In this document: piece after piece, positions 18,228 through 28,751 of the stretch
Numbering within the stretch: position 1 is the stretch's first letter
Layout of the letters: each line of letters opens with the position of its first letter
Assembly: GCA_934153805.1 (NCBI GenBank)
Contig: CAKPFO010000004.1
Location: 1,554-65,553 of the forward strand
DNA from: an uncultured Clostridia bacterium
GTDB lineage: Bacteria > Bacillota > Clostridia > TANB77 > CAG-508
Reading direction: 5' to 3'
DNA length: 64,000 bases
The notes under the pieces: model-generated
The model's input: only the letters and a program-made list of their open reading frames with translations
The model's database searches: none
What the model was told of the DNA's origin: nothing
Made by a program: the position numbers and the translations under genes

Positions 18228-18939
18228 ATGATAGTAATGAGTAGAAAAAGAATAATGTTATTAACAACAATTGTATTTTTGAGCATTTTTTGCTGTACAA
18301 TTATTACAGATAAAAAGAGCGATACTGTAGAGACTGTAAGTTTGCCAGTAACTAATAAAACTATAGTAATAGATGCAGGGCATGGAAAACCAGATGAAGG
18401 AGCGCAAAGTAGTACACGGAACTACAGAGGCAGAAACAAATTTGAAAATTGCTTTAAAATTGCAAAATCTTTTAGAACAATCAGGCAGTACGGTAGTGCT
18501 AACTCGTAGTGACGAAAATGCAATATATGATATAGATAGTAAAACTTTAAAGCAAAAAAAGATATCAGATATACGAAATAGAGTAAAAATAGGAAACGAA
18601 AGTAGTGCTGATATTTTTGTTTCTATACATCTAAATAAAATACCACAAGAACAATATTGGGGATGGCAGTGCTTTTATAAAGAAGGAAATGAAAGCAGCC
18701 AAAAGCTTGCAAAAAGTGTGCAGGAAAATTTAAATGAAGCAATTCAAAAAGAAAATAAAAGAGTTGCTATGAAATTGGATAATGTGTATATAATAAAACA
18801 TGTAGAAATTCCAACAACAATAGTAGAATGTGGATTTTTATCTAATCTAGAAGAAGAAAAGAAACTTTTAGAAGATAGTTATCAAGATAGACTAGCGTGG
18901 GGAATATATAATGGAATAATAGATTATTTTTATAATTAG
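18228..18939 (+). CDS. cwlD: germination-specific N-acetylmuramoyl-L-alanine amidase CwlD, interrupted by a +1 frame change at in-frame CGG 18417-18419 (pseudogene as sequenced, or recoded)
   Basis: ORFs 18174..18509 and 18373..18939 form one Amidase_3 protein: IDAGHGKPDEGAQSST|GTTEAETNLKIALKL...FVSIHLN...ECGFLSN. Start ATG 18228 lies after GGGGTG. Confidence 0.8.
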
Positions 18940-19001
18940 AATATATTAGCAAGTTTTCGTGAAGGAGTAACTAGAAAAAAATAAAAAAATTCAAAAAAGT
19001 A

Positions 19002-19030
19002 TTGACTTATGTAAATTAATTTGTTATACT
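19002..19030 (+). promoter_or_regulatory. strong sigma-A type promoter with extended -10
   Basis: TTGACT, a 17-nt spacer, then TGTTATACT. Confidence 0.6.
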
Positions 19031-19093
19031 AAGTTTAGTTCTCAAATGAGACTAGTAACTATTAACCACTCATTTATTATGGAGGTACAATGT

Positions 19094-19162
19094 ATGACAA
19101 GAGGATCACCAAACAGAGTAGTTAAAAATATTAATGAGAAAAATAATTTTTTGAGCAGGTAA
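19094..19162 (+). CDS. candidate 22-codon ORF (MTRGSPNRVVKNINEKNNFLSR) inside an orphan transcription unit
   Basis: ATG lies 8 nt after GGAGG. No homology recognised, so this may instead be a non-coding RNA. Confidence 0.25.
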   Translation: MTRGSPNRVVKNINEKNNFLSR

Positions 19163-19309
19163 CCGGCAGTCGCAGCTAATGCTGAGGGCGTGAGCAGATG
19201 ATCGGAGAGTAAAAATGAATCGGTATACGAGCGGATTTACTTAAAACGAAAACTGAATAAAATAAGAAAAAATCAGAAATCTCTTTAGAGAGGTAAAAAA
19301 TTGGGGTTA

Positions 19310-19345
19310 TGCGAGGTTCTATAAATTAGAACCTCGCATTTTTTG
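19310..19345 (+). terminator. intrinsic terminator closing the orphan unit upstream of smc
   Basis: Hairpin TGCGAGGTTCT / AGAACCTCGCA followed by a T6 run. Confidence 0.8.
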
Positions 19346-19461
19346 CGTAACAATTTTAGAAAAAATGTAGACATCCTAAGAAAAATAATATAAAATAGTT
19401 GCTATAGAAAGTAAAATATTATAATAAAACAAACTAAAAAAGTCAATAAAAGGTGAAAAAA

Positions 19462-22400
19462 ATGTATTTAAAGAGATTAGAATTGCAAGGATTTAAATCA
19501 TTTGCAGATAAAACAGTATTAGAATTTAAACCAGGAATTACTTCTGTAATAGGACCAAATGGTTCAGGAAAAAGTAATATATCAGATAGTATTAGATGGG
19601 TGTTAGGCGAGCAAAGCATGAAATCCCTAAGAGGTTCATCATCATCTGATATTATTTTTGCGGGAACACAAAATAGAAAGTCTTTAGGTTTTGCAGAAGC
19701 CTCAATAGTAATAGATAACACAGATGGAAAATTACCAATAGAATATAGTGAGGTAACTGTTACAAGAAAAATATATAGAAGCGGAGAAACAGGCTATTAT
19801 ATAAATAAAACTCCATGTCGTTTAAAAGACATTTTAGAGTTATTTATGGATACAGGTATAGGTAAAGATGGATATTCTATAATTGGTCAAGGTAAAATAG
19901 ATGAAATTTTAAGTAACAAATCTGAAGATAGAAGAAGAATTTTTGAGGAAGCTGCAGGAATTGTAAAATATAGAACTAGAAAACAAGAATCAGAGAAAAA
20001 GCTAGAGCAAACTAAATTAAACTTGCTTAGAATAAATGATATTTTAGCGGAAATAGAGGCAAATATTGAACCTTTGAAAATACAATCTGAAAAAGCTAAA
20101 AAGTTTTTAGATTTACGTGAAGAATTAAAAAATATAGAGGTAGGTTTATTTTTATTTAATATAGAAACATATAAGCAAAAGTTAGAACAAATAGCTAAAG
20201 ATGAAGAAATTTTGAAAACACAATATGATGAGGAAGATGCAAAATTTGAAAAGACAAAAGAACTTAAAGAACAGCTAAAAAAAGAGATAGATGAGATTAC
20301 CTCAAAAATAGAAGAAACTCAAAATATGAGTTTTGAAAGTACAAATAAAATAGAAAAGATAAATTCCGATATAAATGTTAATAAAGAAAGAATCGAAAAT
20401 AATAAGGCAAATGAAGCTCGCTTTACAAGTGAAATAGAAGATATAAAGGTAAGAATTTCAGAACTACAAGAAGAGAAAAAGCAAAAGCAAGATAAAAAGA
20501 TGAACTTAAATACAAATAGAGAAAAATTTGAAAGAGAATTAAAAGAAAAAGAAGAACAACTACAAGAGTTAACTAAAAAACTTTCAAGCAAAGAGCTAGA
20601 AATAGAGGAAAAAAAGCAAAAAGTAGAAAGCAATACAGATTTAAAATACGAAATAGCTTCTGAAATTAATACACAAGATGTTAATTATGAGAATATTGAA
20701 AAAAGAATAAAAGTAGTAAAACAGGAAATAAACACATCTATTTCAGAGCTTGACCAAACAAGAATGACTAAACAAGAATTGTCAAAAGGATTTTATGAGA
20801 TAGAATCAAAAAGAAATGCAGAAGTACAAAAAATAGAAAAGATAAATGAGGAAAAGAAGGAGAGTCAAGCTAAAATCAAAGAGTATGAAGATAAAATAAA
20901 CTCATTAACATATGATTTAAGAATGAAAGACTCTAGAAGGAAGTTTTTAATAGAAACGGAAAAAGAAAAAGAAGGTTATATAAAAAGTGTTAAGAGCTTG
21001 TTGTTAGAATGCGAAAAAGATAGTTCTTTAAATAAAGGAATGAATGGAGTTTTAGCAAACCTTATTTCAGCACCAAAAGAATATGAAACAGCGATAGAAA
21101 TGTGCTTGGGAGCATCACTACAAAACATTGTAACAGAGACAGAAGAGGATGCTAAAAAATTGATAGAATTTTTAAGAAAAGGAAATTTAGGAAGGGCATC
21201 ATTCTTACCGATTACAGCTGTAAAAGGTAAAAAACTAGAAAAAATAAATGACAAAAATATAAATGGTGTTATAGGGATAGCAGCTGACCTAGTTAAGTAC
21301 AACAAAAAATATGAGCAAATTGCTATTAATTTATTAGGTAGAACAGTTATTGTGGACGATATGAACACTGCAATTGAACTTGCTAAAAAGAATTCATATT
21401 CATTTAGAATAGTTACATTAAAAGGAGACTTGGTAAATCCATCTGGAGCAATGACAGGAGGAAGCATAGCCAATAAAACTGTTAATATTCTAGGCAGAGG
21501 AAGAGAAATCGAAGAATTGGAAAAACAAGTAAAAAAATTAGAACAACAAATTCAAGAAGTTACAAGCCAAAAGAAAGAATACACAGATTCTATTCAAAAT
21601 ATATTAAATCAAGCAGAAGAGCTAGAAGAAAAGCTTAAAGAAATAGATATAGTATATGCAACAGAAAAACAAAAAATGGTATCTATAGAAGAAAATATAA
21701 CAAAAATAGAAGCAAGACTTGCAAAATTAAAAGAAGAGGTTACTAATTTAGAAGAAGAGAAGAAAGAAAATAGAAAGATAAAAGAAGAAAAAGAAATAGA
21801 AATAGCAAATTTAACTAAAGAAATTGAAGAATTAAATAGTGTAATAGAGGAATTTGCAAGATTAAATAAAGACAATCAAACATATATAGATGATTTAAAC
21901 TTCGATATAACAAATTTAAAAATTTCAGTATCTTCTTTTGATGAAAGTAATGTATCATTAGATGAAATGATAGAAAGAATTAATCAAGATATAGAGAACA
22001 ATAATGCAAGTATACAAAACAAAGAAACACAGATAACAAATATAACAGAAGAAAATAAAGCTTTACAAGAGGCAATAACAGATTTACAATTGCAAATTAC
22101 AAAAATAAAACAAGATGTAGAAAATAGCTCAAATATAGTAGAAGAACTTAAAGCTTCAAGAACAACGAAAAATATAGAGCTATCTGCAAAAGAAAATGAA
22201 ATTTCTAATAAATTTGAAATAATAGAAGATTTGAAAGCACAATTAGTAAAAATCGATGTAAAGAAAACTAAGACAGAGCAAGACATAGAACAAATTGTAA
22301 ATGAACTATGGGAAGAATATGAAATAACTCCAAACAATGCAATAGAATACAAAAAGCCAACGAATGTGCAAAATGCTAGCAAAGAGGTCCACAGATTAAG

Positions 22401-23016
22401 AAACGAAATCAAAAATTTAGGAAGCATTAACATAGATTCTATAGAGGAGTACAAAAAGACAAAAGAAAGATACGACTTTATGTGTGAGCAACGATTGGAT
22501 TTAGATAATACAGTAGGAAAGTTACGCAAAATTATTTCTGAAATGACGGAAACCATGAAAAATCAATTTGCAGAAAAATTTGCAATAATCAATAAAAACT
22601 TTAATGAAGTATTTGTTGAATTATTTGGTGGAGGAAAAGCAGAACTAATTTTAGAAGATGAGTCAAACATATTAGAATGTGGAATTGACATTAGAGTACA
22701 GCCAACAGGAAAAAAATTACAAAATATGATGTTATTATCTGGTGGAGAAAAGGCATTTACAGCAATAGCATTGCTATTTGCAATATTAAAAATAAATCCA
22801 GCACCATTCTGTATATTAGACGAAATTGAAGCAGCATTAGATGACGTAAATGTATATAGATTTGCAGATTATTTAAAGAAATTTAGTAAAGAAACACAAT
22901 TTTTAGTAATAACACATAGAAAAGGAACAATGGAAGCAGCAGATACAGTATATGGAGTAACAATGGAAGAAAACGGAATAAGTAAATTGCTTTCAATGAA
23001 ATTATCAAATAAATAA
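19462..23016 (+). CDS. smc: chromosome condensation/segregation ATPase Smc
   Basis: MYLKRLELQGFKSF, Walker A GPNGSGKSN, long coiled coils, hinge, signature LSGGEK and Walker B FCILDEIEAALD. ATG at 19462 follows AAAGGTGA. Confidence 0.95.
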   Translation: MYLKRLELQGFKSFADKTVLEFKPGITSVIGPNGSGKSNISDSIRWVLGEQSMKSLRGSSSSDIIFAGTQNRKSLGFAEASIVIDNTDGKLPIEYSEVTVTRKIYRSGETGYYINKTPCRLKDILELFMDTGIGKDGYSIIGQGKIDEILSNKSEDRRRIFEEAAGIVKYRTRKQESEKKLEQTKLNLLRINDILAEIEANIEPLKIQSEKAKKFLDLREELKNIEVGLFLFNIETYKQKLEQIAKDEEILKTQYDEEDAKFEKTKELKEQLKKEIDEITSKIEETQNMSFESTNKIEKINSDINVNKERIENNKANEARFTSEIEDIKVRISELQEEKKQKQDKKMNLNTNREKFERELKEKEEQLQELTKKLSSKELEIEEKKQKVESNTDLKYEIASEINTQDVNYENIEKRIKVVKQEINTSISELDQTRMTKQELSKGFYEIESKRNAEVQKIEKINEEKKESQAKIKEYEDKINSLTYDLRMKDSRRKFLIETEKEKEGYIKSVKSLLLECEKDSSLNKGMNGVLANLISAPKEYETAIEMCLGASLQNIVTETEEDAKKLIEFLRKGNLGRASFLPITAVKGKKLEKINDKNINGVIGIAADLVKYNKKYEQIAINLLGRTVIVDDMNTAIELAKKNSYSFRIVTLKGDLVNPSGAMTGGSIANKTVNILGRGREIEELEKQVKKLEQQIQEVTSQKKEYTDSIQNILNQAEELEEKLKEIDIVYATEKQKMVSIEENITKIEARLAKLKEEVTNLEEEKKENRKIKEEKEIEIANLTKEIEELNSVIEEFARLNKDNQTYIDDLNFDITNLKISVSSFDESNVSLDEMIERINQDIENNNASIQNKETQITNITEENKALQEAITDLQLQITKIKQDVENSSNIVEELKASRTTKNIELSAKENEISNKFEIIEDLKAQLVKIDVKKTKTEQDIEQIVNELWEEYEITPNNAIEYKKPTNVQNASKEVHRLRNEIKNLGSINIDSIEEYKKTKERYDFMCEQRLDLDNTVGKLRKIISEMTETMKNQFAEKFAIINKNFNEVFVELFGGGKAELILEDESNILECGIDIRVQPTGKKLQNMMLLSGGEKAFTAIALLFAILKINPAPFCILDEIEAALDDVNVYRFADYLKKFSKETQFLVITHRKGTMEAADTVYGVTMEENGISKLLSMKLSNK

Positions 23017-23105
23017 CGATTAGGGACGCCCCTTTTTCGAAAATTTTTTCGATTAGGGACGCCCTTTTTTAAGAAAAATTTTCGAAAAAGGGGCGTCCCT
23101 AATCG
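23017..23105 (+). repeat. 33-nt GC-core repeat family, locus B: two direct units plus one inverted unit forming a 27-bp hairpin
   Basis: CGATTAGGGACGCC starts at 23017 and 23050, with a perfect inverted copy TTTTCGAAAAAGGGGCGTCCCTAATCG ending at 23105. It probably doubles as the smc terminator. Confidence 0.8.
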
Positions 23106-23169
23106 TTCTATTTTTTAGACAAGCCACATATATATTAGAAGAAAATATTTAAACAAAGGAGAGGATTAT

Positions 23170-25789
23170 ATGTGGCATACTAAAAATGTAGATGAAATTG
23201 TAAAATACTATAAAACAGACAAACATAATGGAATAACAGAGGAAGAGGTTCGAAAAAGAATAAAAGAATATGGAGAAAATAAACTTGCAGACAAAAAGAA
23301 AGAAAGCTTATTTATAAAGTTTATAAAACAGTTTAATGACTTTATGATAATTATTCTAATAATAGCATCTATTATATCTGCAGTTGTTTCAAAATTAGAT
23401 GGAAGTGGGGACTATATAGACTCTGTAATAATAATCGCAATAGTAGTTTTAAATAGTATTATGGGACTAGTTCAAGAAGCAAAAGCAGAAAAATCGCTAG
23501 AAGCATTGAAAAGTATGACAGCACCTTTTGCAAAAGTTAGGAGAAATGGCAATATTGTAAGTGTAGAAGCAACCAATGTAGTTCCAGGAGATATAATAAT
23601 ATTGGAAGCGGGAAACTATGTACCAGCTGATGCAAGATTGATAAGTAGTTCGAATTTAAAAGTAGAAGAGTCAAGTTTAACAGGAGAAAATGTTCCTGTA
23701 ATAAAAGATGAAAATGCATATTTGAAAGAAAACATTCCTATAGGGGACATGGTAAATATGGTATTTTCTTCTACAATAGTGGTAAATGGACATGGAGAAG
23801 CAATAGTAACAGAAACAGGAATGAATACAAAAGTAGGAAAAATAGCAAATATGATAATAGAAGACGAAGCACCAGAAACACCAATACAAAAGAAATTGTC
23901 TGAAGTAGGAAAAATCCTTGGAATAGTGTGCTTAGTTATATGCTTACTCATTTTTGTAATAGGAATATTTAAGCAAATACCACCAGTAGAAATGTTTATG
24001 ACATCAGTAGGACTTGCTGTTGCTGCTATTCCAGAGGGACTACCAGCAATTGTAACTATAATGTTATCTATAGGCGTTACAAAAATGGCAAAGAAAAATA
24101 GCATAATAAGAAAGCTTCCAGCAGTTGAAACTTTGGGAGGAAGCAGTGTAATTTGTTCAGATAAAACTGGAACCTTAACACAAAACAAAATGCAAGTAAC
24201 TAAAATATTCGGACTAGGAGCAAGTGAAAAGCAAATATTAAGCTATGCCTCTATGTGTACAGACTCTGAAATAGAAACAAAAGAATCTAAACAAATAGTA
24301 GTAGGAGAGCCAACAGAAACAGCCATAGTAGAAGCTGCGTTAAAAAATGGGATTAATAAGTTTAGTGAATATAGAAACAAAAACAGAATAGCAGACATTC
24401 CATTTGATTCTAACAGAAAGATGATGACAACAATACATAAAGATAATGATAAATTTTTAAATATTACTAAAGGTGCACCAGATGTATTACTAAAGAGATG
24501 TACAAAATATTTTGATGGAACACAAGAGCTAGAGCTTACACGTACAGTAATTGATAAAGTATATAAACAAAATGAGGCTATGGCAAGCAAGGCTTTAAGA
24601 GTAATTGCCGTTGCATATAAAAATACAAATATGATAGAAAAAACAGAGGAAAATCTAGTCTTTTTAGGGTTAATAGGAATAATTGACCCTCCAAGAGAAG
24701 GTGTAAAAGAGGCAGTAGAAACATGTAGGAAGGCTGGAATAAAGACAGTAATGATTACTGGAGACCACCTTACCACCGCAAAGGCAATTGCAAAAGAATT
24801 AGGAATATTAAAAAGTAATGATTTGGCTATAACAGGTGAAGAGCTAGAAAGAATTCCACAAAACATATTTGAAAGAGATATAATGAAATATTCTGTGTTT
24901 GCAAGAGTATCACCAGAGGATAAAGTAAAAATAGTAAAGGCATTCCAAAGTACAGGAGCAGTAGTAGCAATGACAGGAGATGGAGTAAATGATAGTCCAG
25001 CTTTAAAAAATGCAGATATAGGAGTTGCTATGGGAAAAAACGGTACAGATGTTGCAAAAAATGCAGCAGATATGGTGCTTGCAGATGACAATTTTGTTAC
25101 TATAGTAGAAGCGGTAAAACAAGGAAGAAATATATATGATAATATTAAAAAATCTATACATTTCTTGATAGCTACTAATATAGGAGAAATAGTTACAATA
25201 TTTTTAGGACTAATATTAGGGTTAAAATCTCCATTACTTGCAATTCAATTACTATGGATAAACTTAGTAACAGACTCGCTTCCAGCAATAGCACTTGGCT
25301 TAGAACCACCAGATAAGGATATAATGAATAAAAAACCACGTAATCCTAAAAAAGGCATTTTCTCTGATGGTTTGTGGAGCAAAATTGTAGTAGAAGGAAT
25401 GATGATAGGGATGCTAACATTACTTGCATTTAGTATTGGAAATAAGCTTTATGGTATAGATGTAGCAAGAACAATGGCATTTGTGGCATTGGGAATGCTA
25501 GAACTCGTACACAGTTTTAATATAAAAAGTGAAGAATCAATATTTAAAACTCGGGTTATTTGAAAATAAGTATTTGATAGGTGCTTTTATATTAGGAACA
25601 ATAATGCAAACAATAGTAGTAATTATACCAAATGTTGCAGAAGTATTTAAATTAGTACCGCTAAATAATACACAATGGATATTTACAATTGGAATATCAA
25701 TGTTACCACTTATAATTATTGAAATTCAAAAGAAAATTAATGAAATAAGGTTTGGAAAAATTGTTTATGGAACAATTAAACCAGTGTAG
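23170..25789 (+). CDS. P-type Ca2+-transporting ATPase (YloB/SERCA-like), interrupted by a +1 frame change at in-frame CGG 25552-25554 (pseudogene as sequenced, or recoded)
   Basis: DKTGTLT, TGDHLTTA and MTGDGVNDSPAL motifs. ORF 25529..25789 encodes the missing last TM helices (...SIFKT|GLFENKYLIGAFILG). Confidence 0.85.
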
Positions 25790-26044
25790 ACTGAAATATT
25801 AATTAAAAAATCCGTTTTATTGTTGCATTAATTTGCAATTGAAAATTTGAGAATTAAGCTACAAAATGTAACCGCAGAGCGGGTAAACGAAAAATTTGCA
25901 TAAAAAATTTGCATTTGTTTAAAATATATGGTATAATTAAAAACGCGCTTGGCTAAATATGGAAAAAGTATAAATTAGGCGCAATCAGAAGGAGAGTGAA
26001 TATATATTTTAAACAAAAAAGTAAGAAACTGCACGAAAGACATA

Positions 26045-26986
26045 ATGAGACTATTAAAAATAGTTATCATTGCAACAATAATTATTCTTGCCATAATGTT
26101 AGTAAAATATAAAGTAGTATATAAAGTAACAATTTCTGGAGAAGAAATTGGTTATGTATCAAATAAAAATGAATTTGAAAAAATAGTAGATGAGCAAATA
26201 TTAAATCCACAAGATGGAAACGTTGCTTATGTAGATATAGAAGAATTACCAACATATGAAATGATTTTTGCAAGTAATAAAGAGCAAACAAATGAAGAAG
26301 AAGTGCTTGCACAAATTGCTGAATTAGCACAAACAACATATAAGGTATATGCAGTAGCAGTAAATGGAGACAACACAGTATATGTAAATACACAAACAGA
26401 AGCAGAAGAGACTGTTGAACAATTAAAAGAAGAATATAAAGAAAAAATAGATGAAATAGATATTACTGTTAATGAAGTTTATACAAAAGATGTTGCTACA
26501 GTAGAAGAAACAGTAGAATTAGCTTCAGCTGTAGAAGTAGCTAGTGAAGAGGTAGATGTTGTAGTAGAAAAACAAGAAAAAATAAAATCAGCAACATTAG
26601 ATGGAGTATATTTTGCTGTAAAACCAGTCTCTGGAACAATTACATCAAGATATGGAGCAAATGAAAGCATAAGAGACCATACACACAAAGGACTTGACAT
26701 TGCAGCACCTTATGGAACAAAGATAGTAGCAGCAGCTAAGGGAACAGTTTCATATTCTGGATGGATGAGTGGATATGGAAATCTAATTATAATAGAACAT
26801 GAAAATGGAATACAAACATACTATGGACATTGTAGTAAACTATATGCGTCTGTAGGAGATGAAGTAGATGTAGGAGATACAATAGCAGCTGTAGGTTCTA
26901 CAGGAAATTCTACAGGAAACCATTTACACTTTGAAATTCGTAAGAATGGATCACAAATAAATCCACAAAAATATGTATATAAATAG
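26045..26986 (+). CDS. membrane-anchored M23-family metallopeptidase
   Basis: N-terminal TM, acidic linker, then an M23 domain: HKGLDIAAPYGT...GNLIIIEHENGIQTYYGH...GNSTGNHLHFE. Confidence 0.85.
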   Translation: MRLLKIVIIATIIILAIMLVKYKVVYKVTISGEEIGYVSNKNEFEKIVDEQILNPQDGNVAYVDIEELPTYEMIFASNKEQTNEEEVLAQIAELAQTTYKVYAVAVNGDNTVYVNTQTEAEETVEQLKEEYKEKIDEIDITVNEVYTKDVATVEETVELASAVEVASEEVDVVVEKQEKIKSATLDGVYFAVKPVSGTITSRYGANESIRDHTHKGLDIAAPYGTKIVAAAKGTVSYSGWMSGYGNLIIIEHENGIQTYYGHCSKLYASVGDEVDVGDTIAAVGSTGNSTGNHLHFEIRKNGSQINPQKYVYK

Positions 26987-27428
26987 AAAAATAAGAATTT
27001 TTATGAAGTTTATAACTCATAAGAATTCTTATTTTTTTGAATATAACACCGAAATTTTAGTAAATAAAAAATAAGCATTACTATGCCCAATATTCATGTT
27101 AACGAATTTATATGATTAAATGTAGTAATATAAAATAAAAAGAGTATAGTGTATATTTTGCAATGAGAAACAAAAACTTGTAAGTAAAAAAACGAATGCA
27201 ACATTGAATAGAAATAGAAAAAATAATATTTAAAATCCATAATGGAAAATAATGCTAAAATGGTTAATTCCCTAGCAAAACACTAAATGTTACAGACATA
27301 TTACAATAAGATAACATTTACTTTACAAATCACTTAAGAGTATTGATTTTTCAATAACTTACTGGTAAAATGTAAGCATAAGTTGAGAAAAAAATTCTCG
27401 AATAAAAAAGAAAACGGAGGAATAAAAA

Positions 27429-27944
27429 ATGTCAGCAGCAAAAGAAAGAAAAAAGAGAAATGTAAGATTAATATGGATAATATTAATAATTATAGTAGCT
27501 GTAGGAGTAATAGTTACTATAAATTTATCAAATAATAAAAAGGATACTAAACCAGCACAACAACAATCACAAGTAGAAAATGGACAACAAGAGGAAGAAA
27601 AACCGGTAGAAAAATATGTACAAGTATTAGAAGATGGTACTAAATTGAATATTAGTGAAAAAATAAAACAAACTAAAAAAGTTGGAGACTTGGAAATATC
27701 AAATATTCAAATTACTTATCAAAATGGAGTAACAAATATACTTGCAACAGTAACAAATACTTCAAGTAAAAAATCAGAACTACAAAATGTATCAATAGTA
27801 TTATCAGATGATGAAGGAAACACAATATATACACTAAGAGGTGTATTAGAAGAAACAGAGCCAAATGGTACTAGTCAATTAAATACATCAATAACAGCAG
27901 ACTTTGCAAATAGTTATGACTTTACAATAAGCAAAACTAAATAA
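27429..27944 (+). CDS. hypothetical membrane-anchored protein
   Basis: Strong RBS AACGGAGGA, one N-terminal TM, a Q/E-rich linker and a beta-rich C-terminal domain. No named family. Confidence 0.5.
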   Translation: MSAAKERKKRNVRLIWIILIIIVAVGVIVTINLSNNKKDTKPAQQQSQVENGQQEEEKPVEKYVQVLEDGTKLNISEKIKQTKKVGDLEISNIQITYQNGVTNILATVTNTSSKKSELQNVSIVLSDDEGNTIYTLRGVLEETEPNGTSQLNTSITADFANSYDFTISKTK

Positions 27945-28043
27945 GAAATGGACTTAAATGGACGTTTCAAAAAGTCCAATAAGTAAGGGCTTTTTGAAGC
28001 GTCTTTTAATATATAAACATATGAAAAGAAAGGAACTATAAAA

Positions 28044-28736
28044 ATGAAAAAGAAAATTTTAGTAAATTTATTATTAGTAATAATGTTAGGAGTAATGCTT
28101 GTAAGTACTGTAAATGCAACTACAAACTCATTTAAAGCAGAACTTAGTACATCAAGTACAAGCTTAAAACCAGGAGATGAGGTAACTCTTACATTAAAAG
28201 TATCAGACATAAATATGGGAGATGACGGAATAAATGCAGTAGAAGGAACAATCAAATATGATACAAAAGTATTTGAGGCAATAACACAATCAAGTATTAC
28301 ATCAGAAAGTGGTTGGTCAACAACATATAATGGAGAAACAAGTAATAGCTTAAATGGAAAATTCTTAGCAGTAAACTTAAGTGCAGGAACAAAAGAAGAC
28401 ACAACAATACTAACAGTAAAATTTAAGGTAAAACAAGATGTAGTAAAAACAACAGAAACACAAATAAATTTTGTAGATGTAACATCAAATGATGGAGCAG
28501 ACCTAGTAAATGTAGGAACAAAAAGTGTTAAGTTAAAAGTAACTGTACCAGAAGAACCAAAGAACGAGATAAAAAATGAAGTGAAAAACTTAGAGGTAAA
28601 ACCATCAGAAAATAAAGCAACAGGAAGAATTCCACAAACAGGTGTAACACCAGCAATAGTAGTTACAATAAGTGTAATAGCAATTGTATGTGTATATATA
28701 GGAATTCGTTATAGAAATATGAAAGATGTAAAATAA
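28044..28736 (+). CDS. cell-wall-anchored cohesin-like domain protein (sortase substrate)
   Basis: Signal peptide, then a cohesin-like beta domain of about 150 aa (LKPGDEVTLTLKVSD...INAVEGTIKYDTKVFE...ILTVKFKVKQD), then the sorting signal IPQTG plus a hydrophobic segment and a basic tail. Confidence 0.6.
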   Translation: MKKKILVNLLLVIMLGVMLVSTVNATTNSFKAELSTSSTSLKPGDEVTLTLKVSDINMGDDGINAVEGTIKYDTKVFEAITQSSITSESGWSTTYNGETSNSLNGKFLAVNLSAGTKEDTTILTVKFKVKQDVVKTTETQINFVDVTSNDGADLVNVGTKSVKLKVTVPEEPKNEIKNEVKNLEVKPSENKATGRIPQTGVTPAIVVTISVIAIVCVYIGIRYRNMKDVK

Positions 28737-28751
28737 AAGGGGAAAAAAGTA

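Noticed and set aside
19140-19260. GC-rich segment as tmRNA, SRP RNA, 6S RNA, or a TPP, glycine or c-di-GMP riboswitch.
   Set aside because: I could not find the defining motifs: no tRNA-like ends or ...LAA tag, no GGAAG/AGCA SRP domain IV motif, no closing long helix and no riboswitch cores. It is kept only as an unclassified candidate.
25529-25789. An independent 86-aa membrane protein gene starting at GTG 25529.
   Set aside because: Its sequence is the missing C-terminal TM region of the P-type ATPase, and there is no RBS. It is better explained as the downstream half of the split gene.
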